Of a DNA stretch of 64,000 bases, positions 39,161-49,134 are shown in pieces. The translations under genes and the position numbers were made by a program. Each line of letters begins with the position of its first letter. The first letter of the stretch is position 1. The DNA comes from an uncultured Clostridia bacterium. GTDB taxonomy: Bacteria; Bacillota; Clostridia; Christensenellales; UBA1242. The stretch covers positions 102,279 through 166,278 of the forward strand of contig CAKVFH010000001.1 of assembly GCA_934746515.1 (NCBI GenBank). The letters are read 5' to 3'. Below the pieces are notes generated by a model. It ran no database searches, was not told where the DNA came from, and saw only the letters and a list, made by a program, of their open reading frames with translations.

Positions 39161-41131
39161 ATGGTTGAAAAAAGTAGTGAAATCACTCAAAAAATGGAAA
39201 ATTTAATTGAAAAAATCAATAAGGCAAGCTATTCATATTATGTTCTTGACAACCCAATTATCTCTGATAAAGAGTGGGATGAAATGTATTATGAACTTTT
39301 GGATCTTGAAAAAGAATCGGGGATAGTTTTGCCAAATTCTCCGTCATTAAAGGTTGGTGGAGATGTTCTTGAAGGTTTTAAAAAGATAACTCACACAAAA
39401 AAACTTATGAGCCTTGGAAAAGCACAAACCATTGAAGAAATTATTGACTGGAACAACCGCAATCAAAACATTTTTGAATTCAAGCCAGAGTTTTCAGTTG
39501 AGTATAAATTTGACGGACTTTCTCTCGCAATCACTTACGACGGTGGCAAACTCGTTCAAGCTGCAACTCGTGGCAATGGCGAGATTGGTGAAGATGTCAC
39601 CGCGCAGGTGAAAACAATTAGAACTGTTCCGCTTGAAATAGCTTATAAAGGACTTGTTGTAGTTCAAGGTGAAGGCATAATAAAATTATCGGAACTCGAA
39701 AAATATAATAGAACTACTGACGAGAAACTTAAAAATGCTCGAAACGCTGTTGCTGGGGCAATCAGGAACCTTGACCCAAAAGTTACTGCAAAAAGAAAGC
39801 TCGATTTCTTCGCATACAACATAAACTTTGCGCCAGAACTCGAATTTAAAACACAAGTGGAAATGTTCGACTTTTTAAAAAAGCAAGGTTTTCTTGTTGG
39901 AAAGTTTTTCCACATTGTTCATTCAATTGATGAAATCATTTCGCTCATCAAACAAACTGAAAAGGTTAGAGATTCGCTCGACTACTTAATTGACGGAATG
40001 GTTATTAAGGTTAATAACACAAACATCAGAGAGCGTTTGGGTGTCACCGAAAAAGTGCCAAGATGGGCAGTGGCTTACAAATTTGAAGCAGAAGAAACTT
40101 CAACCATTTTAAACTCAATCACATGGCAAGTTGGCAGAACCGGAAAAATCACACCTGTTGCAGAACTTGAACCAACAGAGCTTTGCGGTGTAACAATAAA
40201 AAGAGCAACACTTAATAACTATAACGATATTTTAAGAAAGCGTGTGAAGATTGGTGATCGTGTTTTCATCAGACGAAGCAACGATGTTATCCCTGAAATT
40301 TTGTCTGTTGCGGAAAGCTACGACACTTCAAAAGCAATTGAAAAGCCAACAAATTGTCCTTGTTGTGGGGCGGTTTTGGAAGACACTGAAACAGAGCTTT
40401 ATTGTCCAAATCATTTAGGTTGCAGAACACAAATTGTTTTGAAACTCACGCAATTTTCAAGCAGAAACGCAATGAATATTGAAGGATTGTCAATCAAAAC
40501 CTTTGAACAGCTTTATGACAACTTTGGCATTTGCTCATTTTCGGATATCTATAAACTTACCAGTGAAAAACTTGCATCGCTTGAAGGTTTTAAGGATAAG
40601 AAAATTTCAAACATATTGTCTAGCATTGAAAAAAGTAAGCACAGCAAGCTTCCAGCATTTATCTTCGCGCTGGGCATTGACGGGATTGGAATAAAAACTG
40701 CAAAACAGCTTGCAAAACACTATAAATCAATAGAAAATCTGCAAAAGGCAAGCATTGAAGAACTTGTCACTCTTGACGATATTGCAGAAATCACTGCAAC
40801 AGATATTCATCACTATTTTGCTGATGAACAGAATAAAAAAGAGCTTGACGAACTATTAAATAATTTCGTGCATATTGAAGAGCAGGTTGCAACCACAACT
40901 GGCGGATTCTTTGCAGGGAAAAAAGTTGTTTTAACTGGAACACTTGCAAAATTTTCAAGAAGCAAGGCAGAAGAAATTATTGAATCGCAGGGCGGAAGCA
41001 CATCATCATCTGTAACTGGAGCAACAGACATTGTGCTTGTGGGTGAAAACCCTGGAAGCAAGTTCGACAAGGCAAAAAAGCTTGGCATTTACATTATGAG
41101 TGAAGAAGAATTTGTTTCACACCTAAAATAA
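39161..41131 (+). CDS. ligA: NAD-dependent DNA ligase
   Basis: Adenylation motif EYKFDGLS, a Cys4 zinc finger (CPCCG...CPN..C), HhH repeats and a BRCT tail. Confidence 0.95.
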   Translation: MVEKSSEITQKMENLIEKINKASYSYYVLDNPIISDKEWDEMYYELLDLEKESGIVLPNSPSLKVGGDVLEGFKKITHTKKLMSLGKAQTIEEIIDWNNRNQNIFEFKPEFSVEYKFDGLSLAITYDGGKLVQAATRGNGEIGEDVTAQVKTIRTVPLEIAYKGLVVVQGEGIIKLSELEKYNRTTDEKLKNARNAVAGAIRNLDPKVTAKRKLDFFAYNINFAPELEFKTQVEMFDFLKKQGFLVGKFFHIVHSIDEIISLIKQTEKVRDSLDYLIDGMVIKVNNTNIRERLGVTEKVPRWAVAYKFEAEETSTILNSITWQVGRTGKITPVAELEPTELCGVTIKRATLNNYNDILRKRVKIGDRVFIRRSNDVIPEILSVAESYDTSKAIEKPTNCPCCGAVLEDTETELYCPNHLGCRTQIVLKLTQFSSRNAMNIEGLSIKTFEQLYDNFGICSFSDIYKLTSEKLASLEGFKDKKISNILSSIEKSKHSKLPAFIFALGIDGIGIKTAKQLAKHYKSIENLQKASIEELVTLDDIAEITATDIHHYFADEQNKKELDELLNNFVHIEEQVATTTGGFFAGKKVVLTGTLAKFSRSKAEEIIESQGGSTSSSVTGATDIVLVGENPGSKFDKAKKLGIYIMSEEEFVSHLK

Positions 41132-41337
41132 AAACCAGTAAAAAATCAATTTTTGGCAGGGCTAAAACAAATTTTTATTACAAAGCAATGACAAAAAAAC
41201 AATAAAAATTAAAACAAACCGCAATCAAGCTGATTTATTAAAACAAATTTATTTTTAAAAAGTTGTTAAAAACTATTGCATTTTGGGTGGTGTGTTGTGT
41301 TATAATACCACTGACAAAATGAAAAGGAGTGACATCT

Positions 41338-41547
41338 ATGTCTTGGTTAAATCCACCTATTGAAAAAGTTATTGAAGAAGCAGGAAACAAATACATTTTG
41401 TGTTCTTTGGTTGCAAAAAGATCAAAAGAGCTTTTGCTTAACAAAGGCGAGTTTTTTAAAGACCACCAAAGAGTTAAACCTGTTGAATACGCTAGTCGCG
41501 AATATTACAGAGGATATTTTTCTATCGCTAAACAAAACAACGATTAG
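41338..41547 (+). CDS. rpoZ: DNA-directed RNA polymerase subunit omega
   Basis: MSWLNPPIEKVIEEAGNKYILCSLVAKRSKEL matches the RpoZ N-terminal pattern. AAAGGAG upstream of the ATG at 41338. Confidence 0.75.
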   Translation: MSWLNPPIEKVIEEAGNKYILCSLVAKRSKELLLNKGEFFKDHQRVKPVEYASREYYRGYFSIAKQNND

Positions 41548-41618
41548 TTAAAATTTATTAGACAGACTTGTCAAGTTAGTATATAATTTATATATACTAA
41601 CTTTTTTTATGGGGTTTT

Positions 41619-43820
41619 ATGATTATTGGCAAAATTATTATTGATATAGCTAGCAGTTTGGTCGACAAGGTGTTCGACTATATTTTGCCTGACGAAACTT
41701 ACCAAATCGGCATGCGCGTTTATGTGCCTTTTGGAAAAATTGTCAAAGAAGGCTATATTGTTGACATTTCAAATGAATCAAGCTACGACGACAAGAAACT
41801 TAAAACCGTCATTTCTAAAATTGATAACTTTCCAGTAATTTTAAAAGAACAGCTCGAGCTCGCGTCTTTCATGAAGCAAAAATTTCACACAGGACTTTGC
41901 GATGCAATCAGATTGTTTTTGCCAAGCGAAATGCGACTTGGGAAAGTAAAAGAGCTTATCAAAATTGACTGCTACATTGAAGATGAAGACAAAGCTAAAG
42001 AATATTTGTCTAGCACACGAAAAAATGCAACCGGCATCATTGGAATTATAAACGAGCTTTTAAGCAAGGGGACAGTCAGTCAAGCAGAGCTGAACAAAAA
42101 ATTTAACAGTGCATCACTAAAAAAGCTTATCAGCGATAAAATTGTGAAAACAAGGGAAGTAAAAGTTAATCGAAAACCTTATGAAAACATAACTACAAAC
42201 TTAACTGTTGTAACGCTCACAAAAACACAACAAGAAGTTGCAGACAGAATCACCAGCGAAAACAATGTTTATCTTTTGCATGGCGTTACTGGAAGCGGAA
42301 AAACCGAAGTTTACATGCACTGCATGCAAGAAATTTTAAAGCGTGGAAAAACCGGCATTATGCTTGTGCCAGAAATTTCGCTAACACCGCAAGTGCTTTC
42401 AAATTTCCGTTCAAGATTTGGTGGAGATGTTGCACTTTTGCACTCTGGTTTGTCGGCTGGCGAAAGATTTGACGAGTGGAAACGAATTCTGTTTGGAGAT
42501 GCAAAAATTGTTATTGGTGCAAGGTCTGCAATTTTTGCGCCACTTAAAAATATTGGACTTATTGTTATTGATGAAGAGCATGATAATTCATATAACAGTG
42601 ACAGCAACCCGAGATATAGCACCATTGAAGTTGCAAAAAAGCGTGCGGAACTTGACGGCGCATCGCTGGTTCTTGGAAGCGCAACGCCGTCGCTCGTTAG
42701 CTATCACAATGCAATGACTGGCGCATATCAACTTTTGGAAATGAAAGAAAGAATCAACAAACGCGAACTTCCACCAATCACAATTGTGGACATGGGTGAA
42801 GAAATCAGGCAGGGCAACAACGGAATATTCTCGCTGGCGCTAAAAGAAGCACTTCATAAAACACTTTCAGAAGGCAACCAAGCAATGCTGTTTATAAACC
42901 GTCGTGGTTTTGCATCATTTTTGATGTGCAAAAAATGCGGATGGGTGGCAAAATGCGATGCTTGCGATGTCTCGCTGGTTTACCATAAATATGAAAGAGC
43001 TTTGAAATGCCACTATTGTGGAAACAGATTCAGAGTTTTAACCGAGTGCCCTGAATGTCACAACACCGAACTTTCGACTGGTGCAACAGGAACAGAAAAA
43101 GTTGTTCAAGAGCTTCAAGAGCTTTTCCCAGACATAAAAATCGGCAGAATGGACAACGACACCACAAAGACAAAGGATTCACATTTGAAAATCCTTTCAG
43201 ATTTCAGGGCTGGAAAAACAAAAATTTTGGTTGGCACGCAAATGATTGCGAAAGGTCACGATTTTCCAAGTGTTACGCTGGTTGGGATTATTGATGCAGA
43301 CATAAGCTTGTATCAATCGTCATATTCCGCCACCGAGCAAACATTCCAGTTGATTACCCAAGTTGCTGGGCGTGCAGGGCGTGCGGACAAGTCTGGCGAA
43401 ATTATTTTGCAGACCTATGTTCCAAAGCATTATGTTTACAGGCTTGCAAGTTTCTATGATTATCCAGCATTCTATAAAAAGGAAATCAACTTAAGGCAAG
43501 TCACAATGTATCCGCCTTTTGCGACAATTGTGCGCATTTTGTGCTCATCAGGCGATGAAAATCTTGCAAAAGAACAAGCAAAGGTGTATTATGATGAAGT
43601 TAAGAAAATTCAGAGCGAGTTTTCAAAAGACTTTATTTATTTTGGGGTTATGAAATCGCCAATCGGAAAAATTCAAAACAAATATCGAATTCAGATTCTG
43701 CTTCGACTCAAGCGCGACCACGAAGACGAAATCATTTCAAGGTTATTTGAACTTCTTGACACGAATAAAAATAGTAATGTCAATGCATTTATTGAAATCA
43801 ACCCACAAAATTTAAGTTAG
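41619..43820 (+). CDS. priA: Primosomal protein N' (PriA helicase)
   Basis: GVTGSGKTEVY, IDEEHD and a Cys-rich zinc-binding insert (CKKCG...CDACD...CHYCG...CPEC). Confidence 0.92.
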   Translation: MIIGKIIIDIASSLVDKVFDYILPDETYQIGMRVYVPFGKIVKEGYIVDISNESSYDDKKLKTVISKIDNFPVILKEQLELASFMKQKFHTGLCDAIRLFLPSEMRLGKVKELIKIDCYIEDEDKAKEYLSSTRKNATGIIGIINELLSKGTVSQAELNKKFNSASLKKLISDKIVKTREVKVNRKPYENITTNLTVVTLTKTQQEVADRITSENNVYLLHGVTGSGKTEVYMHCMQEILKRGKTGIMLVPEISLTPQVLSNFRSRFGGDVALLHSGLSAGERFDEWKRILFGDAKIVIGARSAIFAPLKNIGLIVIDEEHDNSYNSDSNPRYSTIEVAKKRAELDGASLVLGSATPSLVSYHNAMTGAYQLLEMKERINKRELPPITIVDMGEEIRQGNNGIFSLALKEALHKTLSEGNQAMLFINRRGFASFLMCKKCGWVAKCDACDVSLVYHKYERALKCHYCGNRFRVLTECPECHNTELSTGATGTEKVVQELQELFPDIKIGRMDNDTTKTKDSHLKILSDFRAGKTKILVGTQMIAKGHDFPSVTLVGIIDADISLYQSSYSATEQTFQLITQVAGRAGRADKSGEIILQTYVPKHYVYRLASFYDYPAFYKKEINLRQVTMYPPFATIVRILCSSGDENLAKEQAKVYYDEVKKIQSEFSKDFIYFGVMKSPIGKIQNKYRIQILLRLKRDHEDEIISRLFELLDTNKNSNVNAFIEINPQNLS

Positions 43821-43828
43821 GAGATATT

Positions 43829-44332
43829 ATGGCAATTAGAAAAATTATAAAAGAAGGCGACGATATTTTAAGAAAGGTTTCAAAACCTGTTACTGACTTT
43901 GACGAAAATCTCGGCGCATTGCTTGATGATATGTTTGAGACAATGAAAAAGAACGAAGGTGCTGGACTTGCTGGCGTTCAAGTTGGGGTGTTAAAGCGTT
44001 TGTTTGTTATGAAAGCTGGCAAAGAGCCTTATGAATGCATAAACCCAACCATTCTCAAACAAGAAGGCGAAAACAACATTCAAGTTGAAGGATGCTTGTC
44101 TATTCCTGGAAAATGCGGACTTGTTGACAGACCAAGAAAAGTTTGGGTTGAATTTCAAGACAGAACCGGCAAAAAAATCAGCAAAAAATTCACTGGTTTT
44201 GAAGCAAGATGTTTTTGTCATGAATCTGACCACCTTGACGGAATTTTATATTCAGACAAGGCAACCGAAATGTTTAAAGACAGAAATGAATATGTGAAAT
44301 ATGAACAAAAGAAACAAAATGGGGGAAACTAA
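43829..44332 (+). CDS. def: Peptide deformylase
   Basis: GAGLAGVQVG, EGCLS and HESDHLDG motifs. Confidence 0.95.
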   Translation: MAIRKIIKEGDDILRKVSKPVTDFDENLGALLDDMFETMKKNEGAGLAGVQVGVLKRLFVMKAGKEPYECINPTILKQEGENNIQVEGCLSIPGKCGLVDRPRKVWVEFQDRTGKKISKKFTGFEARCFCHESDHLDGILYSDKATEMFKDRNEYVKYEQKKQNGGN

Positions 44333-45297
44333 TGAGAATTGTATTTTTAGGAACACCAATCTTTTCTGTGAAGTGTCTTGATAGACTCATTCACTCTAAC
44401 CATGAAGTGGTTGCAGTTGTAACTCAACCAGACAAGCCAAGCGAACGCGGAAACAAAATCGAATTTTCTGAAGTCAAAAAATATGCAATTGCAAACAATA
44501 TTCCATTGTTTCAGTTTAACAAAATTTCAAGAGACGGACTTATTGACCTTAAGGCTTTGAATCCAGACATTATGGTTACTGCTGCTTATGGACAAATTTT
44601 GTCTCAAGATGTTTTAAATATTCCAAAATATGGCGTTATAAATGTGCACGCGTCAATCTTGCCAAAATATAGGGGCGCTTCACCAATTCAAACCGCCATC
44701 ATCAACGGCGACACTGAAACTGGCGTAACCATTATGAAAACCGAAACTGGTCTTGACACTGGCGACATCATTGATATTGTTAAAACTCCAATCTTTGAAA
44801 ATGAAACCGCTGGCGAACTCACTGACAGACTTGCAGACCTCGGCTCAAATCTTTTAATGGAAGTTTTGTTTAATATTGAGCATGGAACTGCGAAATTTGT
44901 TCCACAAGAACATTTCAATGCAACAGTTACATCAAAAATCAAAAAAGATGACTGCGTTATCAACTGGCAAAAATCTACAAAAGAAATCAAGTGTCTTATT
45001 CTTGGCACAAACCCAAATCCAATTGCAAGAACACTTTTGGGCGACCAAATTGTTAAAATCTACAGAGCAAAAATTGCAAACATTGAACTTACTGAAGAAG
45101 ACAAGAAACTTGCAAATGGCACAATTTTGCCAAGAAGTTCAATAAAGGCTGGCGTTTTTGTTAAAACTGTAGATGGAGCACTTGAAATTATTGACATGCA
45201 AATGCCTGGCGGAAAAATCTTGCCAGCAAAAGTGCTTATCAATGGCAGAAAAATCAATCCTTATGATGCTTTTAAAACAGTAATACAAATTTTTTAG
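44332..45297 (+). CDS. fmt: Methionyl-tRNA formyltransferase
   Basis: VVTQPDKP and NVHASILPKYRGASPIQ motifs. Confidence 0.95.
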   Translation: MRIVFLGTPIFSVKCLDRLIHSNHEVVAVVTQPDKPSERGNKIEFSEVKKYAIANNIPLFQFNKISRDGLIDLKALNPDIMVTAAYGQILSQDVLNIPKYGVINVHASILPKYRGASPIQTAIINGDTETGVTIMKTETGLDTGDIIDIVKTPIFENETAGELTDRLADLGSNLLMEVLFNIEHGTAKFVPQEHFNATVTSKIKKDDCVINWQKSTKEIKCLILGTNPNPIARTLLGDQIVKIYRAKIANIELTEEDKKLANGTILPRSSIKAGVFVKTVDGALEIIDMQMPGGKILPAKVLINGRKINPYDAFKTVIQIF

Positions 45298-45305
45298 GAG
45301 AACAA

Positions 45306-46370
45306 ATGAAAATTTTACAGGATTTATCCTTAACAGAGCTCAAGAGAGAACTTGAAACCTTGACACCAAAAATGCCAAGATACAGGGCGGAGCAAATCTT
45401 TGAGTGGGCAAACAACTATACACCTTTTGACGAAATGACAAACCTTCCACAAGAACTTCGCGAAAGCTTGAAAACAGAATTTATTGACATTCCAGCAAAG
45501 ATTGAAAAGGAACTTGTTTCAAAAGACGGAACAAAAAAATATCTTTTGTCACTCACTGACGGAAACATTGTTGAATGTGTGCTAATGAGTTATAAATATG
45601 GCAACACCATTTGCATTTCAACCCAGGTTGGATGTCGTATGGGTTGTCAGTTTTGTGCAACAGGTATTGACGGACTGGTTAGAAACTTAACCGCTGGCGA
45701 AATGCTTGCAGAAGTTATGGCAATAAACAAAGCCAATGGCGGAACAAAAGCTGACAGACAAATCACAAACATCGTGCTTATGGGCTGCGGTGAACCACTC
45801 GACAACTATGACAATGTTGTTAAGTTCATAAGGCTCATCTCAAGCAAAGAAGGGCTTAATATTTCGCAAAGAAACATCTCACTTTCAACATGCGGACTTG
45901 CTGACAAAATAAAGAAATTGGCAGATGAAGATTTAGGCATAACCTTGACAATTTCTCTTCACGCAACCACTGACGAGCAACGCAAAAAGATTATGAATAT
46001 TGCAAAAGCGGTTTCTCTCAAAGAGCTTTTCTTTGCAATTAAGTATTATTTTGAAAAGACAAAAAGGCGAATCGTTTTTGAATACATTGAGCTTGACATG
46101 AACACAAACCCAGATGACGCAAAAAGAATCAAGGAGCTTTGCAAAGGGTTGTCTTATCACATGAACCTTATTCCAATCAACACAACACCACACACCGTTG
46201 AAGAAAACCCAGCATTAAAGCCACCAACAAAAGAAAAGAGTGCAGAATTTTGGGAAGAACTGAAAAAACTCGATATTTCTGCAACCACAAGAAGAACACT
46301 TGGCAGTGATATTGCAGGCGCTTGCGGACAGCTGCGCAGATCAACAATAAAATCACAAGGGGGAAAATAA
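45306..46370 (+). CDS. rlmN: 23S rRNA/tRNA (adenine-C2)-methyltransferase RlmN
   Basis: Radical SAM CRMGCQFCATG plus GCGEPLDN. Confidence 0.9.
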   Translation: MKILQDLSLTELKRELETLTPKMPRYRAEQIFEWANNYTPFDEMTNLPQELRESLKTEFIDIPAKIEKELVSKDGTKKYLLSLTDGNIVECVLMSYKYGNTICISTQVGCRMGCQFCATGIDGLVRNLTAGEMLAEVMAINKANGGTKADRQITNIVLMGCGEPLDNYDNVVKFIRLISSKEGLNISQRNISLSTCGLADKIKKLADEDLGITLTISLHATTDEQRKKIMNIAKAVSLKELFFAIKYYFEKTKRRIVFEYIELDMNTNPDDAKRIKELCKGLSYHMNLIPINTTPHTVEENPALKPPTKEKSAEFWEELKKLDISATTRRTLGSDIAGACGQLRRSTIKSQGGK

Positions 46371-46371
46371 T

Positions 46372-47064
46372 ATGAAACCAAGACTTATCCGCGTTTCACC
46401 ATCAATTCTTTGCATTGACTATAATAATGACATTGTTTTAAAACTTGCGCTCGACAAAATTGAGCAATCAGGCGCAAACATGGTGCATCTTGATGTTATG
46501 GACGGAAAATTCGTTGAAAACAAGACTTTTGACTATAAACTTGTTGACAAAATTAAGGACATGACAAGCTTGCTTTTGGATGTGCATTTGATGGTTGAAA
46601 ATCCAATTGGTCAAATTGATAATTACGCAAAAGCCGGTGCAGACCTTATCACAGTGCACTACGAAGCATGCGACGACCTTGTTGCCACACTCAAAGCCAT
46701 AAAATCTAAAAATGTGCTTGCTGGTGTTGCAATCAATCCAAAAACTCCTGCTCTTAAACTTAAAGACATTTTAGCAACAGGTCTTGTTGATGTTGTTAAT
46801 GTTATGGGCGTAAAGCCTGGCGCAAGCGGTCAAACAATCATTCCTGGCTCTGCAGAAAAGATTGCAGAAATCAGGGAAATGGACAGAAAAGTCTATATTG
46901 AAATCGACGGCGGTGTCACACTTAAAAATGTTTCAATCTTGCGCAGAATGGGCGCAGACATCATTGTTAGCTCAAAAGCAATTTTTGAAGCTAAAAACAT
47001 GAAAAAAGCAATAAAAACTTTAAAAGGTGGCGGATTTATCAACCGTATTTTTACAGATATTTAA
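46372..47064 (+). CDS. rpe: Ribulose-phosphate 3-epimerase
   Basis: HLDVMDGKFV, DVHLMV and EIDGGV motifs. Confidence 0.92.
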   Translation: MKPRLIRVSPSILCIDYNNDIVLKLALDKIEQSGANMVHLDVMDGKFVENKTFDYKLVDKIKDMTSLLLDVHLMVENPIGQIDNYAKAGADLITVHYEACDDLVATLKAIKSKNVLAGVAINPKTPALKLKDILATGLVDVVNVMGVKPGASGQTIIPGSAEKIAEIREMDRKVYIEIDGGVTLKNVSILRRMGADIIVSSKAIFEAKNMKKAIKTLKGGGFINRIFTDI

Positions 47065-47338
47065 TCCAAACCAAATTCATTAAAAACTCTTTATATAAGT
47101 TTTAAAATCATAACTTATTAAATTAAAAGACTGTCTTTTTGTTTGATTATCACATTGCGTTTTTTGCGCTATAAAGTGGTAATAAAACAACGAGCAGTCT
47201 TTTTTATTGTTTTTGTTGTCTTCTTTATTTTTTTATTACTTCTTATTTTATTTTTTATTGTTTCTCATTTCGTTTTCTCCAAGAAAGGTGCTGTATTTTA
47301 CCAGCAATATAAAGTAATAATTTTATAACAATGAAAAC

Positions 47339-47404
47339 AAATCAGAACAGCAATTGAAATAAATCAGAACAGTAATAGAAACAAGCCAGAACAGCAATAG
47401 AAAA
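47339..47404 (+). repeat. Three tandem 22-bp direct repeats upstream of spoVM
   Basis: AAATCAGAACAGCAATTGAAAT, AAATCAGAACAGTAATAGAAAC and AAGCCAGAACAGCAATAGAAAA. Confidence 0.85.
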
Positions 47405-47482
47405 TTGTTTTTAATTTTGGCAAATTATTTTGCACACAAATTTTTTATTGACATACTATGTATTATCAAAGGGGGAATGATT

Positions 47483-47557
47483 ATGACAATCGTTTGCATC
47501 AAAGCGCCAAAACTTATTGGAAAATTTTTGAGTTTATTTGTGAAGAAAAGCAAATAA
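47483..47557 (+). CDS. spoVM: Stage V sporulation protein M (24-aa amphipathic peptide; alternative ATG at 47477 gives 26 aa)
   Basis: MTIVCIKAPKLIGKFLSLFVKKSK aligns in register with B. subtilis SpoVM (MKFYTIKLPKFLGGIVRAMLGSFRKD, from memory), sharing I6-K7-x-P9-K10-x-x-G13. AAAGGGGG SD sits 7 nt upstream and it has its own terminator. It sits between rpe and rpmB, exactly as in B. subtilis. Confidence 0.7.
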   Translation: MTIVCIKAPKLIGKFLSLFVKKSK

Positions 47558-47591
47558 ACGCGTCACTTTTAAGTATAAAAAAGTTATTAAA

Positions 47592-47622
47592 AAATCACTA
47601 TTTGCTAGTGATTTTTATTTTT
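47592..47622 (+). terminator. spoVM terminator
   Basis: AAATCACTA-TTTGC-TAGTGATTT followed by a T-run. Confidence 0.8.
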
Positions 47623-47642
47623 GTTTAATTTTCGTTTTAGTA

Positions 47643-47671
47643 TTGAAATTTGTAAATAATTATGTTATAAT
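47643..47671 (+). promoter_or_regulatory. Strong promoter of the orphan 396-aa gene
   Basis: TTGAAA (47643-47648), a 17-nt spacer, then TGTTATAAT (extended -10, 47663-47671). Confidence 0.75.
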
Positions 47672-47698
47672 TTAATCACCAAAAACAAGGGGTGTGTT

Positions 47699-48889
47699 AT
47701 GGCAAATTATTCATCAAATCTCGATAAATATATCGAAAATTTAATCACTGATGTGCTTCCAATGAGCGACCTTAGTCTTTACAACGTCAATTCAAGCGGG
47801 CTTGTTCCAATTGATCAAGACACTGCAATAAACATGCGAGTTGAGCTTCCAGATTCCGTTAAAGCCGGAATTTATACTCATGAGAAATGTTCAACAACAA
47901 GATATGGTGTGCTTACAAACAGAGAAAATTCTTCACTCGGAAGAACCTTCCATTCATATTATTTTAGACCTTTCAAGGGCAATGTTTTGAGCGCGTTCCA
48001 AAAACTTATTGCTCAAAGTGTTTTGGAACTTTATCCAACACCACTTCAAACTTATGCAGTTGTAACAAACCCAGTCGTTGAGCCTGTTTTGTGCGGGGCA
48101 GTTGTTGACCTAAACCATTTGAAAACACCAGGCGACAAATTGAATGTTGAAGCTATAAGGTTTGATATTTTGCTAAACTCTTTAGGTTTTAATAAAGACA
48201 TAAACTCTTTTATTGAACTTCAAGCCTTTATGAAAGATGAAAACGTGAAAAAGCTTTTGTCAGAACGCGCAATCGTTCAGATTGGTCTTTGCTCATATTT
48301 CATTCCAAATGCCATTGGCGAAGTTGATGCAAACTCAAGAAATATCATTCTTTTGAAAGACCCAAGAACTCAAAAATATGAATATGTTGCAAGAATTGAT
48401 GCCGAAAGCAACACCTATTTCAATGCGCTAAACGGTGAACGATCAGGCAAAAAGATTTTACCAAAGGGCATCTATTCAGCAAATGAATATTTAAACGAAG
48501 AATTTTTAAAAACAATAAAACAAAAAGATGCGTCAATTGACTGGCAATTATTCTCTGAAATGATGAACATAACATCAATTTTCACGAAACGATCAAGGAT
48601 TGACGAATCAATATTTAATGGCTATAAACGAAACTATTTTAGAGTGCCATACGATGAAAAGAGACCAGCTTCTGCAGCCGCAAACCATTTTGGACTACTA
48701 AGCTATGGCGACTTTTCAAACGAAACAATTTTAAGAGCAAAAAGATTTACTGACAATGTTATGTCGGCTCTTGGCGGTCCGTTGTTTTCAGATAATGTTC
48801 CATTCGAGAAAATGGAAGTTAAAAAACCAGAGCGCTTTGAAATGAAACTTTTCAACGCTCAAGGCGAAGAAATTGAAAGGGAAATGTAG
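47699..48889 (+). CDS. Hypothetical soluble protein, 396 aa, no recognisable family
   Basis: AAGGGGTG SD, a near-consensus promoter and its own terminator. No TM segment or signal peptide is visible. Confidence 0.7.
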   Translation: MANYSSNLDKYIENLITDVLPMSDLSLYNVNSSGLVPIDQDTAINMRVELPDSVKAGIYTHEKCSTTRYGVLTNRENSSLGRTFHSYYFRPFKGNVLSAFQKLIAQSVLELYPTPLQTYAVVTNPVVEPVLCGAVVDLNHLKTPGDKLNVEAIRFDILLNSLGFNKDINSFIELQAFMKDENVKKLLSERAIVQIGLCSYFIPNAIGEVDANSRNIILLKDPRTQKYEYVARIDAESNTYFNALNGERSGKKILPKGIYSANEYLNEEFLKTIKQKDASIDWQLFSEMMNITSIFTKRSRIDESIFNGYKRNYFRVPYDEKRPASAAANHFGLLSYGDFSNETILRAKRFTDNVMSALGGPLFSDNVPFEKMEVKKPERFEMKLFNAQGEEIEREM

Positions 48890-49011
48890 TTTTGAATAAT
48901 GTTGGCTTTTAGCCAAACAAAGCTTTCTGTATAAAATAGTCTAACATCTTCCGCCACCAGTAAATTTATATTTTAGTTAATTGGTGTGTTAATTACATAA
49001 AAATATCTAGC

Positions 49012-49060
49012 AAAAAACAGCCACAATTTGGAGAAAATCCGCTTGTGGCTGTTTTTGTTT
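49012..49060. terminator. Bidirectional terminator between the convergent orphan gene and sufB-like gene
   Basis: ACAGCCACAA (49017-49026) pairs with TTGTGGCTGT (49043-49052), flanked by an A-run and a T-run. Confidence 0.8.
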
Positions 49061-49134
49061 TGATTTTTTTGTTATCAATTTATTCAATTTCATTAAAAAT
49101 GCTAAAAAATTTGCTTGTGTTTATCAACTTTGAT

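Noticed and set aside
38731-39186. 151-aa antisense ORF. The same applies to similar nested or antisense ORFs (36763-37167, 51877-52401, 42311-42625, 13047-13388, 63201-63578 and others).
   Set aside because: These are shadow frames inside well-supported genes (pcrA, yloV, priA, the membrane protein, alaS). They have no independent signals.
47143-47328. 61-aa ORF rich in F, L, I and V (MIITLRFLRYKVV...).
   Set aside because: It has a TTG start, no SD and lies in a T-rich spacer, where poly-Phe/Leu frames arise by composition. It is probably not a gene.
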